From the NCBI GenBank assembly GCA_047285535.1, contig JBJBDC010000001.1, positions 288,136-352,135 on the forward strand: DNA of 64,000 nt, given 5' to 3'. Shown here piece after piece: positions 29,770 to 40,800 of this stretch. This DNA comes from Synechococcus sp. GTDB taxonomy: Bacteria; Cyanobacteriota; Cyanobacteriia; PCC-6307; Cyanobiaceae. Each line of letters opens with the position of its first letter. Within the stretch, counting starts at the first letter, position 1. The notes beneath the pieces are model-generated. The model had not been told where the DNA came from and did no database searches. It saw nothing but the letters and a program-made list of their open reading frames with translations. Position numbers and translations under genes: made by a program.

Positions 29770-29970
29770 CCTGACCTGGAGGAGCGATGTATGTTTCCAT
29801 TTTGCTTTGTCTTGGTTGAAAGGCGGATTGAAAGCTTGATCTTTTTAAGCATTAGGGTGTTTTTCAACCGTTGATCGAACAAGCTTTGCCAGAGATACAG
29901 CTTCGGAGAATCAAGTCAGGGGAGGCCATCAGTGTGCTCCAGAGACGTTGGCTTGGAAGGTTTGTTGAAC

Positions 29971-30255
29971 TTAAAGGAGAGGGCCATATGCATCCGCCGC
30001 AAGCTTTGTACAGGTTTTTTGGGCATGTTGAATAAAGGCAATGCCCTTCATTTCTTTCACGAAGCAAGAACAGGTGAATTCACCCATCCCTTCTGGGGGA
30101 GTTTTTCCAGCCTGGGACATCGCGGCATTGAAGCCTGCCATGCATAGTTTTTTGATTTCTTCCCGATCATCTGAAGCTTCTGCCGGTAAACGAGTGATTG
30201 CAATCAGCATGGGAGTGATGAAAAGGCTGATCGCGATGCGAAGAGAATGTTTCAA
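29971..30255 (-). CDS. Small exported protein with four Cys (hypothetical)
   Basis: Signal-peptide-like N-terminus, then LC...FTCSCF...TC; starts 3 bp after the helicase stop. Confidence 0.65.
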   Translation of the reverse strand: MKHSLRIAISLFITPMLIAITRLPAEASDDREEIKKLCMAGFNAAMSQAGKTPPEGMGEFTCSCFVKEMKGIAFIQHAQKTCTKLAADAYGPLL

Positions 30256-30258
30256 AGA

Positions 30259-32076
30259 TTAGGAATCCTGACGAATTTGAAGTTCACGGTTCATCACTTT
30301 GAGGCGTCGGAGTGAATTGAATATGTCTTCAGGCATCCCTTTGGGAAGGTCAACAAGGCTGTGGGTTTCAAAGATTTGAATGCGACCAATCATTCGACCT
30401 TGTAGGCCTGATTCGTTGGCAATCGCTCCAACGAGGTTTCCGGGTTTGACATGATCGCGATGGCCGACTTCCACCCGGAAACGTTCCATGTTGTCCTCTG
30501 GAGGTCGTGAGGATCGCTCTGAACGGCGGCGGCGTTCAAACCCGCCTCGATCTCCCCGGCGGTCATCCCTGCGGTCGTGACGCAAAGGTGTTTTCAGCCA
30601 GCTTTCATCTCCTTGAACCAAGAGCGGACCTTCACCAACGGCCATCCTCAAGGCAGCCAGGGTTAGTTGACCTGGCTCTAAATCGAGTTCTTGAGCCACC
30701 CTTTGAATCAGCTCTTGCAAGAGAGCGGTTTCTTCATTCGGTTGTTCTTCGCTGGTGGCCGCGGTACTCAGCCGACTGCGCAGCCGATCCAGACGACTTT
30801 GGTTGATCTCGGCATTGCTGGGAATATCCATTGGATCGATGGCCTGTCCCACAGCCCGTTCAAGGTTGCCAACAAATCTCCTCTCTCTCGGTGTCACGAA
30901 GAGGATGGCTTCGCCGCTACGACCAGCTCGGCCGGTGCGCCCAATGCGATGGACATAAGCCTCACTATCGAAAGGCATGTCGTAATTAATCACCAGACCG
31001 ATGCGGTCCACATCCAATCCACGTGCCGCAACATCGGTTGCAACCAGAATGTTGACGGTTCCTTTCCGTAAACGTTCAACCGTGCGCTCCCGTTGATTTT
31101 GAGGGACGTCTCCGTTGAGCACTGCAACATCATGGCCTGCAGCTTCAAGGGATTCGGCAACAGTGAGAGTGATTGCTTTTGTACGAGCGAAAATAATGAC
31201 GCCTTCTCCTGTGACGGCTTCCAGGACTCGATTGAGTGCCTCCAGTTTGTGAGAGTTCTGCATGGTGATGCAGCGATGACGGATTCGACGAGCTTCCTTC
31301 TCCTTTGTCTTGATCGTGATTTCTGCGGGTTCACGCAAGTAGCGCTTCGACAGTCGACGAATCTCATTAGGCATCGTTGCCGAGAACAGAACCACCTGAC
31401 GCTCCTCAGGCAATTGATCAAGAATCCATTCGACGTCGTCGATAAACCCCATCCGCAGCATTTCATCGGCTTCATCCAGCACGAGACTGCTTAATCCACT
31501 GGTATTGAGCGTGCCTTGGCGCATGTGATCCATGACACGGCCCGGTGTTCCAACCACTACATCTACACCTCGCTTCAAAGCATGGATTTGGGAACGGAAA
31601 TCAGATCCGCCGTAGATCGCCAACACATTGAGGTGGGGATGGCCTGCCGAATAGGCCTTAAAAGCATCGGCGACCTGCATCGCTAGTTCTCGAGTTGGTG
31701 CCAGCACAAGCACGCTTGGCAGGGGGCTGTCGCCTTGCAATCTCTCCAGCAAAGGCAGGGCAAAAGCAGCGGTTTTTCCTGTTCCGGTTTGAGCTTGCCC
31801 GACGAGATCTCGACCGAGCATGAGCTCTGGGATCGCTGCTTTTTGAATCGGTGATGGTTGTTTGTATCCCTTGTCAGCCAGAGTTTTTAATAACGCTGCA
31901 CTGAAGCCGAATTCTGAAAATCCAGCCACTTCTTCTGGTTGTTCTGTTTCTTCTTTGCTTTCGATCAATGTTGTCAAGACTTCGTCGTTTGGGTTCGAGG
32001 ATTTGGAGTCGGTAATTTCAGACATGCTCAGATCAACTGAACAGGACGATGAGTCCTGAGCTGAGGTATTGGTCAT
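30259..32076 (-). CDS. deaD: DEAD-box RNA helicase with a DbpA RNA-binding domain (DeaD/CsdA-like)
   Basis: Q motif, AQTGTGKT, PTRELA, DEAD, SAT, HRIGRTGRAG and C-terminal VGHRDHVKPGNLVGAIANE. Confidence 0.93.
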   Translation of the reverse strand: MTNTSAQDSSSCSVDLSMSEITDSKSSNPNDEVLTTLIESKEETEQPEEVAGFSEFGFSAALLKTLADKGYKQPSPIQKAAIPELMLGRDLVGQAQTGTGKTAAFALPLLERLQGDSPLPSVLVLAPTRELAMQVADAFKAYSAGHPHLNVLAIYGGSDFRSQIHALKRGVDVVVGTPGRVMDHMRQGTLNTSGLSSLVLDEADEMLRMGFIDDVEWILDQLPEERQVVLFSATMPNEIRRLSKRYLREPAEITIKTKEKEARRIRHRCITMQNSHKLEALNRVLEAVTGEGVIIFARTKAITLTVAESLEAAGHDVAVLNGDVPQNQRERTVERLRKGTVNILVATDVAARGLDVDRIGLVINYDMPFDSEAYVHRIGRTGRAGRSGEAILFVTPRERRFVGNLERAVGQAIDPMDIPSNAEINQSRLDRLRSRLSTAATSEEQPNEETALLQELIQRVAQELDLEPGQLTLAALRMAVGEGPLLVQGDESWLKTPLRHDRRDDRRGDRGGFERRRRSERSSRPPEDNMERFRVEVGHRDHVKPGNLVGAIANESGLQGRMIGRIQIFETHSLVDLPKGMPEDIFNSLRRLKVMNRELQIRQDS

Positions 32077-32179
32077 TCTTGAAAGGCAATTGCCTGATTG
32101 ATCCTTTAAATCAGGCTTGCAACGTCCAATCGGCCTTAGCCGTGCTGTATTGCTTGCCTTTCGATCAAAGGTTGAGAAA

Positions 32180-32533
32180 TTATTTTAACACTCTTCCGAA
32201 ATCATCCTCTAAGCGCTCGATATCGCTTTCTTCGAGAATCGCTCCATGTTGGACTTCAATGATCAAAAGGTCTCCCTCCCCACCCAGGGCGCGATGAATA
32301 GCACCTTTTGGAATATGAAGGGTGTCACCCGCAGTGACGTTGGACCATTCGCCCTGGCAGAACAGTGCCCCGCGTCCTTGCGCCACCGTCCAGTTTTCAC
32401 TGCGATGCTGATGGCGTTGAAGGCTTAGGCGTTGCCCATTCCGTACTAGTAGTCGCTTCAGCTTGTACCCCGGACCACTGCCTAAATCCTCATACCAGCC
32501 CCAAGGGCGCATCACTCTCTCGATTTCGCTCAC
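32180..32533 (-). CDS. Stand-alone cupin resembling the C-terminal domain of type II mannose-6-phosphate isomerase
   Basis: RPWGWY, LSLQRHQHRSENW and IIEVQHG..LEESDIERLEDDFGR. Confidence 0.88.
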   Translation of the reverse strand: MSEIERVMRPWGWYEDLGSGPGYKLKRLLVRNGQRLSLQRHQHRSENWTVAQGRGALFCQGEWSNVTAGDTLHIPKGAIHRALGGEGDLLIIEVQHGAILEESDIERLEDDFGRVLK

Positions 32534-34213
32534 CTACGCGTCACCATCGTTGCTTTGATCTTCAGGATGCCGAGATCCAGCTGAGCGGCCTAGAGCCAAC
32601 GCTGTTGGGTCTGCAAATAAAAGCAGTTGCTGTTTCGCGCGGGTCATTGCTGTGTACAACAGCGAGCTGCTTTGGCGATCGTCGAGAGCAGGCCAGAGCA
32701 GCAGCACTTTGTCCATCTCGCAGCCCTGAGCCTTGTGAATTGTGAGTGCGAGAGCTGGCTCTAGGTGCCGAAGACGGGCGGGATGGTAAAGCGCATATCG
32801 GTTCTCGCCAGAGGGAGCGCTGCCGAGAAACAAGGCCCGTTGTTGAACCCCTTCACCGACCATCACTCCAAGATCGCCGTTGGCGAGTCCGAGTTCCGGC
32901 TGATTTTCACTGCAAAGCACTGGCAGACCCGAGGGCCAGCCCGGGGGTTCAGAGCCATCAAGCAAGTGTTGGTGGACGGCATCAACGCCCCATGGCCCCC
33001 GTCGACGCGGGCAGAGCACCATCAAGGTGTCAAGGATGTTGAGGAGGTCTTGGGCTTGTTGTTGATCGGGTTGCCCATGCGCATTGATCTCTAGAGCGCT
33101 TGCATTGTCCTTGAGATGGTCGAGATGCCGCGTGAGTGCAGCATGCACAGCATCAGGGATCTGCCTTGCTTTGGGATAATTAACGGTAATGTTTGACGTC
33201 TTGGGCAGCGAGCGGAGTTGTGACCAGAACGGTTTCAAGCCTTGATCACGGAGCAGCGCACTCATCTGAGCAAGGGCACCTCGATTGCGATACACCGTTG
33301 TAAGGGTGATAGCCCCACCCTTGAAACGTCTTTTTTGATGAGGTTCTTGGAGATGTTGCCAAATGGCTCCTGCACCAATCGGTGGTAGCTGAGCGCTATC
33401 TCCCACCAAGACCAGTTGGCAATGGGTTGGCAGTGCACTCAACAGGGCATGGCCTAGCTCCAAATCCACCATCGACATTTCATCGACGATGAGTAGGTCC
33501 AACTGCAGCGGATTGCGTCGATGACGGGCAAAGCCTCCAGGGCGTGCCTCAAGCAAACGATGCAGAGTGGTGCAGGGCAAGGCTGCGGTGATTGGGTTGC
33601 TGCGAACGGCGTCTTGGAGGCGACGTGCGGCCTTGCCTGTGGGAGCGGCAAGCCAGGCTCGAAGCTTGGGTTGATTCTCAAAGGCGCGGAGCAGCATGTG
33701 CAGCACCGTGCTGGTTTTACCGGTTCCTGGCCCTCCGCTGAGCAGAACCACGCCGTAGCGATCGATGGCACGGACAGCAGTTTGCTGTTCGGGACTGAGA
33801 TCGTTGTTCTTGGACAGGCGGCTGGTAGTAGCGCCGCGGTTTGTGGCATGGAGGGGAGCCTGGACATAGCGGCGCTGAAGTTCGTGTTCGAGCTCTTGCA
33901 TGGCTAAGCTCCACCGACGCCAGGACAGGGTGTTGTGGTTCAGGACTAAAACCGCTTGGTCACCGTCCAGCCATCCACTAGCGATTAGGGCTTCACGGTG
34001 AATCCTGGGCCAACCATCCGTTTCGATCCCATCGGGAACCTCGCTGCTGTCGTGGAGTGGAATTGAGACGTCGCCTCTGCTCAGCGCGGTAGTGAGTGCT
34101 CGCATGAGCTCGACGAGTGGCTCACTGCTTTGCTTCGGCGGCATGCGCCGTTGAAGTGTGGCCAACACCCCATTGTGAAGGGCAAAGAGAGCATCCGATG
34201 CTGCAGATTGCAT
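32534..34213 (-). CDS. recD: Exodeoxyribonuclease V alpha subunit
   Basis: GGPGTGKT, APTGKAA, TLHRLL, VDEMSM, GDSAQLPPI, TIHKAQG and LYTAMTRA. Confidence 0.94.
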   Translation of the reverse strand: MQSAASDALFALHNGVLATLQRRMPPKQSSEPLVELMRALTTALSRGDVSIPLHDSSEVPDGIETDGWPRIHREALIASGWLDGDQAVLVLNHNTLSWRRWSLAMQELEHELQRRYVQAPLHATNRGATTSRLSKNNDLSPEQQTAVRAIDRYGVVLLSGGPGTGKTSTVLHMLLRAFENQPKLRAWLAAPTGKAARRLQDAVRSNPITAALPCTTLHRLLEARPGGFARHRRNPLQLDLLIVDEMSMVDLELGHALLSALPTHCQLVLVGDSAQLPPIGAGAIWQHLQEPHQKRRFKGGAITLTTVYRNRGALAQMSALLRDQGLKPFWSQLRSLPKTSNITVNYPKARQIPDAVHAALTRHLDHLKDNASALEINAHGQPDQQQAQDLLNILDTLMVLCPRRRGPWGVDAVHQHLLDGSEPPGWPSGLPVLCSENQPELGLANGDLGVMVGEGVQQRALFLGSAPSGENRYALYHPARLRHLEPALALTIHKAQGCEMDKVLLLWPALDDRQSSSLLYTAMTRAKQQLLLFADPTALALGRSAGSRHPEDQSNDGDA

Positions 34214-37200
34214 TACGACAGCCCCTCAAGCCATTGGTCCAGCCGGTGGATTCGATTTAAAGGTGCCGGCTCGATCACGACGCCTGATCCTCCTTCTGGG
34301 CTTATGCCCCTCAAAAACACATAGGCGTAGCCGCCGAGATGGCGTTCGGGGTCGTATCCAGCGAGCCTCCAGCGCAGATAGCGATCCAGGGCCAAAAGGT
34401 AGAGATGGGCCTGGAGCGGATAGTGATGGGAGAGCATCTGCTCCTCCATTGCAGCTTGGCTGTAGTGCTGTGGTCCGCAGGCGATGCCACGGCCAGAGTC
34501 GTCCCGTTCACCAATCCAATTGCTTTTCCAATCCGCCACCCACCACCGCGCTGTGGCGGGATTCTCCCCATCGGTGAACACCAGATCGATGGATCCGGTG
34601 AGAAACCCCCGACTGCGAATGTCGAGCTGGCGCAAACTTTGCGCGTAGTGCTGACCAAAACGATGGTCGCAGTCTGCTTCAAAGGCATTGGCTAAACCTG
34701 CGGAGTGCACTGGTTTGCCTTGCTGGGCAACGGGTAGGTCAAAGCTGAGCTCGTGAAGACGCCTTCCAGCGCTCAAATCGGACAGTTTCAAGTCTTTGAG
34801 AGGGCCGCCTAGGGGTGCCGTCAGCAAAGTGTGGAGCGCTGTGATCACGGCATCGCAGTACTCGAGGTCGATGCCGGCTCGGCCAAGCTCTTCAGCCACA
34901 ACAACCTGATTAGCAGCTTGGTCGGCAGGACCTTGAAAGCTCACCTGTTCAAGGATTCTGTGCAGGCAATCGCCCGCACCCGGACCTTTTGGAAACTCCG
35001 CAAGAGGGCCATTCTGATCCGCTGAATCCGCTGGGCTCTCGGAGGCTTCCGTATCGGTTACAGCATCGATATCGCGCCCTTCTTCGAGGTTGCGTGGATC
35101 AGCTGGGGCTGGCTTGTGATGTCCGTTCTGAGCTGAGATCCAAGCGGAGTAGCTGCTCCGACCCCAGCTGCGGTCGAGAGTGCGTTGAGGAACGTCCGAC
35201 AACTGCAAGGTCTCAAGCCTCGGAGCTGGACGCCACAACGGCAGGGTTGTGGTGTCTGCTGGTAAGTGGCGGCTCGTGAGGGGTTCGTCGAGCTTGGAGA
35301 GCTCCTTGACCCAGTTCGCTAGAGGATTGGACTCCTGTCCCGCAGCGGCGACCCAAAAGACCACGAGATGGCGCTCCGCGCGGGTTAAGGCCACATAGGC
35401 CAGTCGCTCTGCTTCGGCAGCACTGTCGTCTCGGTTGCGTGCTGCGGTCTTGTACCCATCGCCCCAATGGGGGTTGAGCGCAACTTGCCAGGTCCCCTCT
35501 GGATCGTTGGGCGGGTTACGCCAAAGAGGGCCTTTCCCATCAGCGGGTGCTTGCCACAAATAAGGGCAGATCACCACGGGGTACTGCAGGCCTTTGCTTC
35601 GGTGAACAGTGACAACGGCCACCGCGCTTTCCGCTAAATCGCTGTGGGGCTGCCTGATGTCAGGGGTGGGGTCGATCGGTTGAAAGCGCTGTCGTCTCAG
35701 CCAATCTGCGGCGCTGCCCAGGTCGAGGCCTTGCCGATGCATGGCGTCTTGCACCAGTCGCGCACATTGCTGGATGTCGCCTAACAATCGCCCGCGGCTG
35801 GAGAGATCAGCGAGCATTCGACCCTCGAGGAGTTGGGACAAGCAGCCGAGCAAACCCAGGAAAGGCAGCTCCTCCTGCAGCTTGCGGAGTTGCCCAGCGA
35901 GTCGGTCGAGATCACCGTTGGTGTCCGCGTCCTGCAATTGATGGCTTGTCCATTGCATCAGGGCAGAACAGGCGAGTCGCCGCAACCGTCCGCCATCGGC
36001 TGGTGAGGTGAGGGCATCGAGAAGATGTTGAAGCTCAGCCGCGCCGGTGGTGCTGAGAACATCTCCAGGACTCACAAGTCGGCTGGGTAGGCCTCTGTGA
36101 GCGAGCTGTTCTCGTACAGCTTCGGCTTGGCGATGACGGCTGACAAGAACGCACAAATCCGTTGGGGTCAGTGATGGATCGCTGTCCAGCAGGTGGAGGG
36201 CTTGGCACGCGACCAGGGACGGAATGGTCGATTCGAGTGCTGTGCGTGTGGGGAGGTTGGTGGACTCATCGGCTTGTACATCGATGAGTTGGAAAGGCTG
36301 CTTGCCATCAGGGAGGTTCAAGGGAAGGGCGGTGGCACAGGGTGTGACCCGCGGCACCTCGAGGTTCGATCGCTTGAGGCCTGGTTGCATCCATTGGTTC
36401 ATCGCCTCCATCAGAGACGGCGTTGTACGCCTGTTGTCGAGCAGATTGTCGATTCGATCAGCTCGTTGCCGGGCTTGCTTGTAGGTGTTGAGATCTCCTC
36501 CTCGAAAGCGGTAGATCGCTTGCTTGGGATCCCCCACCATCAGCAACAGATGGTTTGGCGTCGCAAAGCAGGCCTGGAGCAGGCGCCACTGCAGTGGATC
36601 GGTGTCTTGAAATTCGTCGATGAGAGCGACGCGATAGCGCCGTTGAATTGGGACCAGCCAGTGTTGAGGTTCGGTATCGGCCGCTTGGGGATCCATGGCA
36701 TCGAGCAGGCCGGAAAAGCTGATGACGCCCTTTTGAGCACGGCGGGCGGCCAGGGTCTTGAGTCCGTGGGTGAGCGCATGTCGCCAAACCTTCTCAGCTG
36801 GTCCATCCCAAAGAGCTGCAATGGCTTTTTGCAGGATTGGTTGTGGAAGGTTTGGATTGGGTTCGCTGCAGCGGCGAGCTGTTTTGCTGAAACATCCGGG
36901 ATGGAAGTAGTCGCCAAGGAGACTCTGGCTTCGCACGTCTCCGTAACTGATGCGTGATCTATGTGTGCTATTTTGGCGGGAAACCCAGCTGCTGAGTTCG
37001 TTGGCGCGATCTTTTTTCGGTTTCGGTGAGTAGGGCTTGGTGTCGGTTTGGCCTTGGCTTCGCCAATCCGTTGAGCAGTCGCGAAGGGCCGTTTCCAGCG
37101 TGCGTCCGCTTGCGTTCCATTCCGCTTCGAACACTGTCCAGCTCGATTGGAGCCACTGGGCAAAGCAATCGATCAAGGGACGCTCTAGGTCGTCTGATCC

Positions 37201-37851
37201 TTCAGTGCCGGCGATCCGAACAGCGCAATCGCTGTCCAAGCGACTGAGGGCATGGCTCAACTGATCAGCTGAGAGGCCGGCATCCAACAGCCCTGAGACA
37301 TGGTCGGGAGGCAGGGCCAACACTTGTTGTTCCCAGTAGTCGTAGGCCACCTCCTGGCACAGATGCTGGCTGTCATTTTCAAGACAGACCTCCATTGCCG
37401 TGCCGTTCTGGAGAGCTTGTCGGCGAAGGTTGCGCCGGCAGAAGCCATGGATGGTGGTGATGTCGGCACGTTCCAGCCCTTCCAGTGCTTCCAACAGGTT
37501 GCTGGCGATTGTTCGACGGGTGTTGGGATCTTGCCCGTGGAGGGTTATCCACTCCTCCATCACCGCATCTGTGGGTGGGGAGTCGGTTTGGGAGTCGGAG
37601 TTGTTGGTTTGGTGTTTCAGCAGCGCTTGGAGTGCATCGTTGAGACGACGACCAATGCGTTCACGCAATTCCGCAGCGGCGGCTTCTGTGAAGGTGACCA
37701 CTAACAGCTCTTTGAGGTTCAGCTTCCGCTCTGTGACTAGCCGTAAGACCAGGTGGGCTAAAGCAAAGGTTTTTCCCGTTCCAGCACTGGCCTCGAGGAG
37801 ACGAACTCCGGCATCAAGGGGGTAGTGATTGGGTTCGAAACGGCTACTCAT
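34213..37851 (-). CDS. recB: Exodeoxyribonuclease V beta subunit
   Basis: EASAGTGKT, TFTEAAAAELRERI, DEFQDTD, GDPKQAIYRFRG and YVALTRA; nuclease domain GSIDL...DWKSN. Confidence 0.96.
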   Translation of the reverse strand: MSSRFEPNHYPLDAGVRLLEASAGTGKTFALAHLVLRLVTERKLNLKELLVVTFTEAAAAELRERIGRRLNDALQALLKHQTNNSDSQTDSPPTDAVMEEWITLHGQDPNTRRTIASNLLEALEGLERADITTIHGFCRRNLRRQALQNGTAMEVCLENDSQHLCQEVAYDYWEQQVLALPPDHVSGLLDAGLSADQLSHALSRLDSDCAVRIAGTEGSDDLERPLIDCFAQWLQSSWTVFEAEWNASGRTLETALRDCSTDWRSQGQTDTKPYSPKPKKDRANELSSWVSRQNSTHRSRISYGDVRSQSLLGDYFHPGCFSKTARRCSEPNPNLPQPILQKAIAALWDGPAEKVWRHALTHGLKTLAARRAQKGVISFSGLLDAMDPQAADTEPQHWLVPIQRRYRVALIDEFQDTDPLQWRLLQACFATPNHLLLMVGDPKQAIYRFRGGDLNTYKQARQRADRIDNLLDNRRTTPSLMEAMNQWMQPGLKRSNLEVPRVTPCATALPLNLPDGKQPFQLIDVQADESTNLPTRTALESTIPSLVACQALHLLDSDPSLTPTDLCVLVSRHRQAEAVREQLAHRGLPSRLVSPGDVLSTTGAAELQHLLDALTSPADGGRLRRLACSALMQWTSHQLQDADTNGDLDRLAGQLRKLQEELPFLGLLGCLSQLLEGRMLADLSSRGRLLGDIQQCARLVQDAMHRQGLDLGSAADWLRRQRFQPIDPTPDIRQPHSDLAESAVAVVTVHRSKGLQYPVVICPYLWQAPADGKGPLWRNPPNDPEGTWQVALNPHWGDGYKTAARNRDDSAAEAERLAYVALTRAERHLVVFWVAAAGQESNPLANWVKELSKLDEPLTSRHLPADTTTLPLWRPAPRLETLQLSDVPQRTLDRSWGRSSYSAWISAQNGHHKPAPADPRNLEEGRDIDAVTDTEASESPADSADQNGPLAEFPKGPGAGDCLHRILEQVSFQGPADQAANQVVVAEELGRAGIDLEYCDAVITALHTLLTAPLGGPLKDLKLSDLSAGRRLHELSFDLPVAQQGKPVHSAGLANAFEADCDHRFGQHYAQSLRQLDIRSRGFLTGSIDLVFTDGENPATARWWVADWKSNWIGERDDSGRGIACGPQHYSQAAMEEQMLSHHYPLQAHLYLLALDRYLRWRLAGYDPERHLGGYAYVFLRGISPEGGSGVVIEPAPLNRIHRLDQWLEGLS

Positions 37852-40800
37852 GGCCGTTGCGCCTCCAGCATCGGCGCATACAACGCTTGAAATGCCTCCT
37901 CAAAGCAGGCCGCTGTTAAAAAATTGTCCGCTTCGAAGTGATCGCCAAAACAAAGCTGCATCTCTGCCCGCGCCCGCTCCCCCATGCCTGCGAATCCACC
38001 ATCCCAACGGCTTTCAAACGCTCGATTTGCTTTGTCAAGACCTTTGTGCAACATGAGGGCTCTCGCCAACCCACTGGCAGGCGGCACCGGCCAGCACGAT
38101 TCAGCTCCTGCTGTCGCGAGAGTGTGGAGAGACAAGAGAAGCTCCTTTGCTGTGTCTGCATCCAATGGTTGCCAGTGAAGGGCCAGTTGAAAGTGATCAG
38201 CTTTGGAGCTGCTCTCACATCGACTGATCACAGCCGTTGGGGTGGACACTCCCGCCGCTTGCTGGAGGAGGTGGGTGAACCATCCGCCAAGTGCAGTGCG
38301 CGACTGAAGCCGTCCTGCGCTGACCAACACCGTGGTTGTCCCAGCCCTGAGCACGGAGCGTGACTCGGTCTCTGAGCGGATCCAATCACAGTGCAGAGGC
38401 CCAAGTCGCAACAGGGTTTGTTGCAGGTTTTGCCAGCGCTGCTCGAGGCGATTGGCAGCCAGTTGACCTGCTGCGCCAGGCGGAAGCATTCCTTGGCCGC
38501 GAAGCTGTGTGCTCCATTCGCCAGGAAGGGCGTGGTCCCAGATCAAGCTCGAATCGGTTGCCAGCCGGTCGAGCTGATCGAGAAAAGACTGATGGAGAAG
38601 AGATTGACGTTCCCGCTCCTCCAGGTCCAGCGCTGAAAGGTCTTCCACGGGGGTGGACCACTCCCGTGTTTCCAATCCCCGTGCTTTGAGCCAATAGCGC
38701 TGGGGTGCCTCAAGCCAACGGCTTACGGCGTCTGAATCCAAACAGTCAGAGGTTGCAACTGGACTCCAACTCAGGGGATGGGCGAGGCCCAGGGAGTTGT
38801 TGCTCAAGGGATCGGGATCGCGGCTATCGAGATTGAGCCTGGCTTCGAGGTGGTGACGATCAGAACTGAAGGCTGAACCGGCACGATTGACGAGAAAATT
38901 ACGAGCATCCAAGGGATTGGCTGGTTGCTCCAACACCACGCGCTCGAACTGTTCGGGCGAGAGTTGCTCGTTGAGCAAGGTGAGCCATTGTTGGACCGGA
39001 GGCGAAGGGGGAAGCTCTTCGCCCTTGCTCTCATCGCGGGCATTCCAGCTGATGACAAGATGTTGTCGCGCGGACATCAACGCCTCCAGCAGCACGTAAC
39101 GGTCTTGATCTGTGCTTGATGGATCGCCGAGTCGGCGCTGCTGTTCCAGGAGGTGAAAGCCAGGGCGTTCCTGCTGACGTGGAAAGCTTTGCGAATCAAG
39201 CCCCATCAGCACGATCAGCCGATGGGGAATCGCTCGCATCGGCTCTAGGGCGCTGATCGTGAGGGCACCACTGCGGTGGCCAAAACGACCGCTATCGGCG
39301 GAGAGGGCCTCATCAAGAATGGAGACCACAACGGAAAGATCGAGATCAAGAGTGCACTCAGATGCCTGTTGCTGCATCGTGTCGAGTGCTTCGACGATCG
39401 CTTGTTGCTCCCAGGCCCAGTCCCCTCCATCGCCATAGAGATGCTGGAGAAGCAGATTTAACTGTGTGGTCCAGGCGCTGGGACTGTGGGCTTGGCGTAG
39501 CCGAATGATCCATTGCGCTAGTCCATCCAGAAGCGGCCACCATTGTTCAAGCTGCTGAATGGTGAGACCTCCCTGAAAGGGGGCACAGCCTCCAGGAGCG
39601 AGACCTGGCTCGGCAGGCAGCACGAGACCAAGCAGCCAGCGATCAAGACACCAGCGGAGGCTATGGGTGTCATCGCCTCCACGCTCCTTGCCATCCACCC
39701 CCCAACGGAAGCCCGTTTGCTGGAGGCACTGGGTGATTCGCACGGCTTCCGCGGCCGTGATCCCTTGAAGGACTTGCAGGGCTGGGTTGGCGAGAAGTGC
39801 CTCCAGCCCGGATGCCGTGAAGCGCTCACTGGCCAGCTTCAAAAGAGCCATAAACCCTTGGCTCAGTCCAGGAGAGCTTTGTTGGCTTCGGTCGGTGAGT
39901 CGCCAGGGAATGCTGACTCCAGTGGCATCGTGGTCACCGAAGACGGAGCTGAGGAGCGGGGCGTAACGCTCCACATCAGGAGTCATCACCAAGACATCTC
40001 GTGGCTCCAGGCTTGGATCAGAGGCCAGCCATTGCAGAATCTGATCCCGAACCAGTTGCACCTCTCGCCAGGGTCCTGCGCAGGCCAAAAAGCGCAATGA
40101 GTTGTCTTGATCAACAGGGGTGAGGGATGGTGCGCTTCCATCCACCAGCTGTTGTTGCACTTGCTCCAGGAGCGTCGCTGGCCGCTGTTCGGATGCAGCG
40201 ATCTGAATGGGTGCTGCAAAGAGATCTCCCTGATCCCACTGACCGAGAAAGCAATCGCCGTTGCCTTCTAAAAGCAACTGAAATTCAGCCCCCATGCGTC
40301 CCAAAATCGCTTCCAGTCTTGGCGATTCCAAGAGCCAGGGCCCATCGGGTGGTGTGTTCCAGGCTTGTCCGAGCGTTTGTCTTCTCTGTTCGGAGCGTTG
40401 CCATAGATCTGGACAAGGTGTGAGCAGGTACAGCTCGATCGTCATCAGGCCTGAGAGTCCCTGCAGCAGCTCCACCTGAACCGGGGCGAGATTGCTGATT
40501 CCAAAAAGGCGCAGTCGAGCCGGTAGAGCAGCCTTTGGGCTATCGCCTTCACGAAGATGTTGTATTGCTTTCTTCACCTGAAGACCAAAGGGATCACAGG
40601 GGAGGATTTCGGCAAGGGCGCGCACGAGCTGTGGTTGCCAGCGCAAATGAGCCGGCAGATCAGCGTCTTCATGGCCCTCAATCCATTGGCTTAGTTCCTG
40701 AGGTCGGTAGAGGGCGTAATCATCGACAGCATCCGCAAGGCAGCGAGCAAGTTGCCAATGATCACGATTGAGGCGATCGGAGCTGCTCGCGTGTTGTTCC

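Noticed and set aside
29902..29909. TCTCCGAA on the minus strand, matching a described rbp leader box
   Set aside because: It lies about 380 nt from the rbp start and has no complementary TTCGGAGA at the RBS.
36193..37163. Long alternative ORFs (254 and 207 aa) within recB, and similar ones in recC, trhO and bioB
   Set aside because: Such ORFs are expected in GC-rich coding DNA, and they carry no recognisable motifs.
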